In this document: positions 58,066 through 64,000 of the stretch, piece by piece
Numbering within the stretch: the first letter of the stretch is position 1
Layout of the letters: each line of letters starts with the position of its first letter
Source of the DNA: a candidate division WOR-3 bacterium
Lineage (GTDB): Bacteria; Hydrothermota; Hydrothermia; JBDRYB01
Reading direction: 5' to 3'
Length of the DNA: 64,000 nt
NCBI GenBank assembly: GCA_039803205.1
Contig: JBDRYB010000004.1
Span: 1 to 64,000, forward strand
Program-made: the position numbers and the translations under genes
Notes under the pieces: generated by a model
Databases searched by the model: none
Told to the model about the DNA's origin: nothing
The model's input: only the letters and a program-made list of their open reading frames with translations

Positions 58066-60039
58066 CTACAGACCTCCGATCCCATCAGCCACGAGCTCAG
58101 CCACATCCCTGACCATCACATCCTCTCTATCAGCATCCTTGAGGCCATCCTCAAGCATGGTCGCGCAGAATGGGCAAGCGGTCGCTATGAGGCTCGCCCG
58201 GGTCCCAATGGCCTCGGATGTCCTACGCCTGTATATCTTCTCGCCAATCCTCTCCTCCATAAAGAAGCGCCCGCCTCCTCCACCGCAACAGAGGGAATAG
58301 GCTCGTGCGTTCTTCATCTCTGTTATCTCGCCCATATGAGAGAGAACAGCCCTCGGTTCGTCGTAGCGGCCCGAGTGCCTTCCGAGATAACAGGGATCGT
58401 GATATGTTATGAGCTTCCCTGTCCGAGGAGGGCTTATCTTGCCCTCTTGGATCAGCTTCAGGATAAATCTCGGGTGGTCTATCACGCTGATTCTCACCCC
58501 GAACTGGGGATACTCATTTCTGAGAACAAAATAGCAGTGAGGACATATGGTTATAACCCTTCTCACCCCCAGGGCCGAGAATGTCTCAGCGTTCTCGGCG
58601 GCCAGCATCTGAAAGAGATACTCGTTTCCCGTTCTGCGGGCGAGATCCCCGTTGCACTTGAACAGAGAACCAGCCACCCCGAATCTCACATCCGCGGCCA
58701 GGAGGATCCTGACCATAGCCCTTGCTATTTTTTGGCCCCGAGGGTCTAGCGCGCCAGCGCATCCCTCCCAGAGAAGATACTCGGGGTTTTCGGCCTGATC
58801 AAACCTCTTGGCCCCTGTGTCCGAGAACCACTCGTCCCTCTTAACAGCCTCTATGCCCCATGGATTACCGTATATCTCAAGGGCTTTGTAGGCAGGGTTT
58901 AGCTCAGGGGGGTTCTGACCCATGTCAAGCACGAGCCCCTGCCTGGCGTGAAGGAGGGCCATCATCGGCTCATTTGCCATCGGGCATATCTCCATGCAAG
59001 CCGAGCAGGTAGTGCAGGAGAATATCGCGTCTTGGGTGAGAACCCCCTCTGTTATTGGCCTATCATAGGCCCTTTCCCAGAGTAGGAACCTCGTGTTTTC
59101 AACGACCGATTTCGGGGAAAGGGGCTTTCTGGTCAGATAAGCGGGGCAATTGTCCTGGCACCTGCCGCATTCTATACAGGCGAAGGAATCAAGAAGGTTC
59201 TTCCAGGGAAGATGAGCCAGGTTTATGGCGCCGAAGTGCTCCAGGTTCTCGTTCTCAAGCTCCAGCCTCTCCATCTTTCCGTGGGGCTCCATCTTCCTGA
59301 AGAAGAGGTTCACTGGCCCGAAGAAAAGGTGCACATGCTTGCAGTGCGGCATGTAAAAGAGGAAAGCAATGAAAACCCCCATGCCCATCCACCAACCCGC
59401 TTTCTGAAGAGCGTGGGCTGAACCTCCCGAAAGCACTGAGGCCACCAGCGATGAAAACGGCAAAAAGAGGCCCGCAAAAGCATCCGGCTCCGCGGCCATT
59501 GCGGCGCCAGTTTCCAGGAAATACGATGCCATATGCAGGAATATGAGCGAGAAGACTATAATTGATTCAATGGTGGGCATGAACCTGGCCTTCGGATGAA
59601 CGAGAACACCTCCTCCCTCGGTATCCACATAGAGCCCACGGGGTCTAAGGGCAAACCTCCTTATGGCAAGGGTCACTACCCCTATGAGCGCGAGAAAAGC
59701 GGTTAAATCCAGGAGGGTCGCGAGGTGCCTGAGCGCGGGTATCCGATGCAGAGAGGGGCCTCCAAGGCCTCCTGATACGCTGAAAGCCACGGTCGCAACG
59801 AAGGCAAAGAAGGCCCACGCTATAAAAGCGTGCATTATCCCCGAGAATATCCTCCTGCCACCTATGGAGCAAGACTGTATAATGGGTCTCCACAGTGCTC
59901 CCCAGAGCCGCAGAAGGGGCCTATCGGTTCTTTTTATGGCCTTGCCCTTTCGGGCGGATGACCACCTGAGCCATATCCCATAGATGAAAGCCATCCAGCC
60001 AAAGATAAAGAGAAGCAGAAAAATTACCTTCTCAATCAT
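58066..60039 (-). CDS. Membrane Fe-S oxidoreductase (FadF/HdrD-GlpC type)
   Basis: TM N-terminus; CIECGRCQDNCP, CTTCSACMEICP; YHDPCYLGR, CCGGGGG, ACPFC. Confidence 0.92.
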   Translation of the reverse strand: MIEKVIFLLLFIFGWMAFIYGIWLRWSSARKGKAIKRTDRPLLRLWGALWRPIIQSCSIGGRRIFSGIMHAFIAWAFFAFVATVAFSVSGGLGGPSLHRIPALRHLATLLDLTAFLALIGVVTLAIRRFALRPRGLYVDTEGGGVLVHPKARFMPTIESIIVFSLIFLHMASYFLETGAAMAAEPDAFAGLFLPFSSLVASVLSGGSAHALQKAGWWMGMGVFIAFLFYMPHCKHVHLFFGPVNLFFRKMEPHGKMERLELENENLEHFGAINLAHLPWKNLLDSFACIECGRCQDNCPAYLTRKPLSPKSVVENTRFLLWERAYDRPITEGVLTQDAIFSCTTCSACMEICPMANEPMMALLHARQGLVLDMGQNPPELNPAYKALEIYGNPWGIEAVKRDEWFSDTGAKRFDQAENPEYLLWEGCAGALDPRGQKIARAMVRILLAADVRFGVAGSLFKCNGDLARRTGNEYLFQMLAAENAETFSALGVRRVITICPHCYFVLRNEYPQFGVRISVIDHPRFILKLIQEGKISPPRTGKLITYHDPCYLGRHSGRYDEPRAVLSHMGEITEMKNARAYSLCCGGGGGRFFMEERIGEKIYRRRTSEAIGTRASLIATACPFCATMLEDGLKDADREDVMVRDVAELVADGIGGL

Positions 60040-60098
60040 AAGGCCTAAAATTCTAACGGACGAAACAAACCCCCTGCACCCACGCTTGAGCTCTAACC

Positions 60099-60803
60099 TT
60101 ACTCTATGGGCTTGAACATGTCCTTCGTTACCCCGCAGACAGGACAAGTCCAGGTATCCGGCAGGCTCTCAAATGAGGTTCCGGGCGGTATCTTGCCATC
60201 CGGATCCCCCTTCTCGGGGTCATAGATGTAGCCGCAGACAGAGCAACGGTATTTTCTCAAAAGTGCCTTTGCTTCTGAGGGTTCTTTTGACATCGGCTCT
60301 TCTCCCTGGTATGTTGGGGCCTTCGGCGGAGAATAGCCCTTCTTTACCTGGTGATAATAGGCATAAGTCATGGGTTCAGCCTCGGCAAGGACCTCCGCAT
60401 CCAGAACCTCGCCCACGAATATCGTGTGGGTTCCCACATCCACCGACTCCGTTACCCTGCACTCAAACCAAGCGACCGCGTTCTCCGTGACTACGGGCGC
60501 GCCGGTCTTGCCGATGAAGTGTTTCGTGTCCGAGAGCTTATCGATCTCTCGGCCTGACTTGAACCCGAACTTGCCGATGAAGGGCATGGGTGTATCCTGG
60601 GCCAGGACAGAGACCGAAAATATCCCTGATTCCTTCACGAACTCGCAGGTCAGGTTCCCGTTGTTGAGCGCGACCGCGATCTTGGGCGGCTCCGCGGTGA
60701 CCTGAACAGCGACATTCGCTATCTGGCCGTTGAGCCTGTCTCCTTTCTTTGAAGCCACGACGAAGACGCCGTAGCTGATCTTGTGAAAAGCGGATCTGTT
60801 CAC
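60099..60803 (-). CDS. Flavin reductase-rubredoxin fusion (high-molecular-weight rubredoxin)
   Basis: FGFKSGR, GTHTIF, YAYYH; CSVCGY...WTCPVCG. Confidence 0.92.
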   Translation of the reverse strand: MNRSAFHKISYGVFVVASKKGDRLNGQIANVAVQVTAEPPKIAVALNNGNLTCEFVKESGIFSVSVLAQDTPMPFIGKFGFKSGREIDKLSDTKHFIGKTGAPVVTENAVAWFECRVTESVDVGTHTIFVGEVLDAEVLAEAEPMTYAYYHQVKKGYSPPKAPTYQGEEPMSKEPSEAKALLRKYRCSVCGYIYDPEKGDPDGKIPPGTSFESLPDTWTCPVCGVTKDMFKPIE

Positions 60804-61312
60804 GCCCTTCCCTCCACATCAAATTCCATCATGCCGAACCAGAACCCAGTTTGTGTAACGAAGTCCAGCTGAGCCTGGATGAGCTCGCGGTGGCCTTCCT
60901 CAACCTCCGCCAGCTGTTTGAAGACCTCTTTAACCTTGGGGTCATCAGCCTTTTCTGACTGCTCACGGTAGAAATCCCTTGTCTCAATCTCCATCCTGAG
61001 CGCGGCTCGGAGAGCATCAGCATCGTGGGCATCTGACTTGCTTCCCTTGGTGCGCTCCATCTTTTTCAAGCGTGGCATGAATCGCTGGATCTCAGACTCC
61101 GGTATCTTGAGGCTTTCGGTCGGGGATCGGCTGGCCACAGCCTTCATGCTCTCAAAAAGCCTCATGTGCGCGAACTCCTCCCTCGCTAGCCAGATGAACA
61201 TGTCCTTGCCATCGGAGGATGATGTCCTCAGAGCGAAGTCCATGTATGCCCTCATGCCTTCTTTTTCTATCTCAATGGCATGTTCTAGAGCGCCGTGTAG
61301 ATCGTAAGCCAT
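60800..61312 (-). CDS. Ferritin/rubrerythrin-family diiron protein
   Basis: [15 protein letters not shown]...FY, EEGH. Confidence 0.88.
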   Translation of the reverse strand: MAYDLHGALEHAIEIEKEGMRAYMDFALRTSSSDGKDMFIWLAREEFAHMRLFESMKAVASRSPTESLKIPESEIQRFMPRLKKMERTKGSKSDAHDADALRAALRMEIETRDFYREQSEKADDPKVKEVFKQLAEVEEGHRELIQAQLDFVTQTGFWFGMMEFDVEGRA

Positions 61313-61375
61313 GATAACCTTCCTTTCTAGTAGTTAAATTATAAGGCCCAACGGGTTCAGGATGCCACCTTCACG

Positions 61376-62974
61376 CTATCTTGCCACGAAAACAACCATC
61401 CTCCTGAGGCCCTTTCCTTCCAGAACAGCTATATACGAGCCGAGTTTAAGAAAGCCGAGTCCAAACTCACAGGGCTCCTCCCAAAGCCCCTCCTTCAATA
61501 CGGCTATTAGCCTGCCCGTTGCATCGTAGATCGAGAGCCTCGCGTATAGCCCCGGGCCGGGAAAGGCCTTTAGCGTTCTGCCAGCGAAGACGAGGCCCGG
61601 CTGTTCGCGCTCGCGCTCAGAAACAGAGATCTTTGGCAGTATATAGATGGTGGTCGTGTCATCGGAGGGGATGCTATCAACCAGAACCTCGGCGAACCCA
61701 TCGGGCGCCATGCGCAGGATATGCCCGGGTCCAAGGACATCATATTCATAACCGGGGTTCATCTTGGGCCAAACCCTCCCTCTGTAGAATGTCCTTGGGC
61801 TGTTGTTGTCTATGGTTATCGTGCAGGTCGTGCTGTCATAGTTATAGACATAGCTGAGCCTGAGATTCCAGAGCAAAAGCGAACCGAGGCCATCCGGAAG
61901 CCCGTTCCTGTCCTGATCCTCAAGGAAAGATGTGATCGTGTCCCTCGTTATCTCAACCCTCCTGTAGCCCAAGGTGTCCTTGCTGGGCTTACAGGTGCTC
62001 AGCGCCTGAAGAAAATAAGGGGTTGTTGGATAAACCGAAACATCTCCCTGAATCCATGTGCTATCCGAGAGAAAGAAACGGTTATGGTGGGTGTGGCCGT
62101 GGAGGACAAGACTGAGCCCTTGGTTCTTTGAGAGGTTTATGAACTCATCCCTTCCGTGGGTGTTTGATCTGTCCGAGCCATCGTAGTCAATCACAGGGCC
62201 GTGCATCATGGCGAGCTTCTGGGTGAAGGAGCTGTGTTCGCTGAGCACAGAATCAGCCCAGGCTATCTGGCCTGGGTCCAGACCCCAGCAACGGGCGTTT
62301 GGGGAATCTGGGTCAAGAGGTCCCGTGTTCATGCAAAGCATAAGAAGCCAATCCGAATAGGTGAAGAGGTAATTCAACTCGGGGTTCACGAGCGCGGGGT
62401 AATTGGTCATTGTGGTCCTAGGAGCGTGATCGTGGTTGCCAGGGGCCGTAAAAATGGGCACCATGAGCTCGGACGCGGCATCAAGGAACTGAGCATACCA
62501 GGTCGGGGATTCAGCTTCCTCGCCGGCCTCAACTAGGTCTCCGGTTATCACGATGAAATCAGGATATATGGTGTTGGCCTCAATTACTGCTTGGCGAAAC
62601 CTAAGGAGCTCCTGCGCCGTGTTGCCTATGTGGATGTCAGTGAGCTGAAGGAAAACAACCGTATCCCTCCATGCCGGATAGATCATGAGAGCGTTGGCCT
62701 GGGTATCTGAGCCCTCGGGGGTTGAGAGGATCATGTCGTAAATCCCTGGCTCTGCAATGTATGGGATACTGAAGGACGAGCGCCAAAGGGTATCCGCAGG
62801 GGTGGGGGTTGATGAGCCTAGGTCATACTCCGAGAACCTGCTCTGGATCCTGAGGGAGGCCGGGTTCGGCTGGCCAGAGGCATAGAGGACAACCAGGGAA
62901 TCACCAGGGATAGCCAGGCAAGCGTTCGCCAGCCTGGGATGATAAATCCAAACCGCTAACAGAAAAACGAGCAT
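61376..62974 (-). CDS. Secreted calcineurin-like metallophosphoesterase with T9SS-type CTD
   Basis: TDIH, TGD, GNHD, GHTH; IYDATGR CTD; ATG 62974. Confidence 0.85.
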   Translation of the reverse strand: MLVFLLAVWIYHPRLANACLAIPGDSLVVLYASGQPNPASLRIQSRFSEYDLGSSTPTPADTLWRSSFSIPYIAEPGIYDMILSTPEGSDTQANALMIYPAWRDTVVFLQLTDIHIGNTAQELLRFRQAVIEANTIYPDFIVITGDLVEAGEEAESPTWYAQFLDAASELMVPIFTAPGNHDHAPRTTMTNYPALVNPELNYLFTYSDWLLMLCMNTGPLDPDSPNARCWGLDPGQIAWADSVLSEHSSFTQKLAMMHGPVIDYDGSDRSNTHGRDEFINLSKNQGLSLVLHGHTHHNRFFLSDSTWIQGDVSVYPTTPYFLQALSTCKPSKDTLGYRRVEITRDTITSFLEDQDRNGLPDGLGSLLLWNLRLSYVYNYDSTTCTITIDNNSPRTFYRGRVWPKMNPGYEYDVLGPGHILRMAPDGFAEVLVDSIPSDDTTTIYILPKISVSEREREQPGLVFAGRTLKAFPGPGLYARLSIYDATGRLIAVLKEGLWEEPCEFGLGFLKLGSYIAVLEGKGLRRMVVFVAR

Positions 62975-63028
62975 AGCTAAAATATAAGGGTTTTGGTTTG
63001 GAACTTCAAGGTGAAGATGAGCCGCCAA

Positions 63029-63376
63029 CTATATGACGGCCAAGATGAACCTGATAATGTCCTTTATTGAGTTCAGATTCATCAGCATCACGAGCCATAT
63101 GGCAAGTGAAGCGCCGAGTCCAGCCCCAAGCCATGTAAGGGCTTCCAATCCGAGAGAGGCATAGCTGAGCCTGTAGGCCCTCATTCTTTCAATTATCTGG
63201 CCAGGCAAATCAGGGGGCATTTGGGGGAACGAGAGCATGGCATCAAGCCTCCGATAAACCTCCATCTCCCCTCGGCATGCCTGGCAGGCCTCCAAGTGCT
63301 TCAGGAGCTCAGCGGGGTCATCCAGCAATCCCGCGAGATACTCCGGGATTTTATCCCTGGCCTCCGAGCAGTTCAT
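63029..63376 (-). CDS. Zinc-binding anti-sigma factor (zf-HC2) with TM helix
   Basis: MNC...HLEACQAC. Confidence 0.88.
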   Translation of the reverse strand: MNCSEARDKIPEYLAGLLDDPAELLKHLEACQACRGEMEVYRRLDAMLSFPQMPPDLPGQIIERMRAYRLSYASLGLEALTWLGAGLGASLAIWLVMLMNLNSIKDIIRFILAVI

Positions 63377-63881
63377 CCTCTTTACCCCTTAGGGCTTCGC
63401 GAAGCTTCTTCCTAGCCCTGAACATTATAACCCGGACATTCACCTCGGTTAAACCGAGAAGATCCCCTATCTCACCCGCAGAAAACCCTGCCTTGTAGTG
63501 GAGGTTTATGACCTCGCGCTCGCGCTCGTCCAAAGACCTCAAGGCCTCATCCAATATCATTCCCCTGCGATCGGGAAGGCCGTATGGCTCAGGCGCATCC
63601 TCTATGCTCTCAGGCGCCTTCATCATGCGCCTCGCCATATCAATGGCACAGCGTCTCGCTATTGAGTAGAGCCATGTTGAGAAACGGGAGTCTCCCCTGA
63701 AGCCCTTTAGACCCAGATATGCCTTTAGAAAAGCATTTTGGGAAGCGTCCCGCGCGGCCTCGGCGTCCCCGAGCACCGAATAAGCAACCGCAAACACCAT
63801 ACGAGAGTATCTCATGACGAGGACCTCAAAGGAGGCCATGTGGCCCTTTTTCGCTCTCTCAACGAGCCGCTCATCATCCAC
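63351..63881 (-). CDS. ECF RNA polymerase sigma factor
   Basis: DASQNAFLKAY, FSTWLYSIA, region 4 EIGDLLG...FRARKKLR; GTG start. Confidence 0.93.
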   Translation of the reverse strand: MDDERLVERAKKGHMASFEVLVMRYSRMVFAVAYSVLGDAEAARDASQNAFLKAYLGLKGFRGDSRFSTWLYSIARRCAIDMARRMMKAPESIEDAPEPYGLPDRRGMILDEALRSLDEREREVINLHYKAGFSAGEIGDLLGLTEVNVRVIMFRARKKLREALRGKEDELLGGQG

Positions 63882-63946
63882 TTGCATATTATGACGCAGA
63901 GAAATATGGTTTCGTTACAAAGGGTGCTCTTATAATTATCGGAAAC

Positions 63947-64000
63947 ATGATCGCGGTGGCTATTATAGCGTTTGACTTGAGCATATCTGGAAGCTTGGGG
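63947..64000 (+). CDS. Partial ORF, probably exported protein
   Basis: TATAAT 10 nt upstream; MIAVAIIAFDLSISG runs off window. Confidence 0.45.
   Translation, partial: MIAVAIIAFDLSISGSLG

Noticed and set aside
58066..61312. Selenocysteine recoding in the redox genes
   Set aside because: ORFs are complete with ordinary Cys motifs; no in-frame TGA is needed.

Overview
64 kb of gene-dense bacterial chromosome, about 54% GC by eye, with heavy AGG/ATA codon use. The content suggests a diderm, probably thermophilic and anaerobic FCB-type lineage such as WOR-3/TA06; the taxonomy is inference. Housekeeping genes (leuS, thrS, infC, tig, recG, nfi, xerD, rseP, sppA, lpxH, ADP-forming acetate-CoA ligase) are interspersed with nine exported proteins carrying a T9SS-like C-terminal sorting domain, glycosyltransferases, a roadblock-RsbW-RsbU module, a redox cluster and an ECF sigma/anti-sigma pair. 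I recognised no rRNA, tRNA or CRISPR array. The most interesting signals concern gene expression and export. (1) Sigma70-type promoters have a mostly 18-bp spacer, and many place the -10 box 6-7 nt before the start codon, implying widespread leaderless mRNAs. (2) Many exported proteins have ultrashort (about 7-12 aa), mostly uncharged signal peptides. (3) A (CA)8 tract lies inside a promoter spacer upstream of a Cys-rich lipoprotein, a candidate phase-variable switch. (4) An M15 peptidase gene appears to start at AUA, while infC itself starts at AUG. All product calls come from motif recognition only; no database searches were run.
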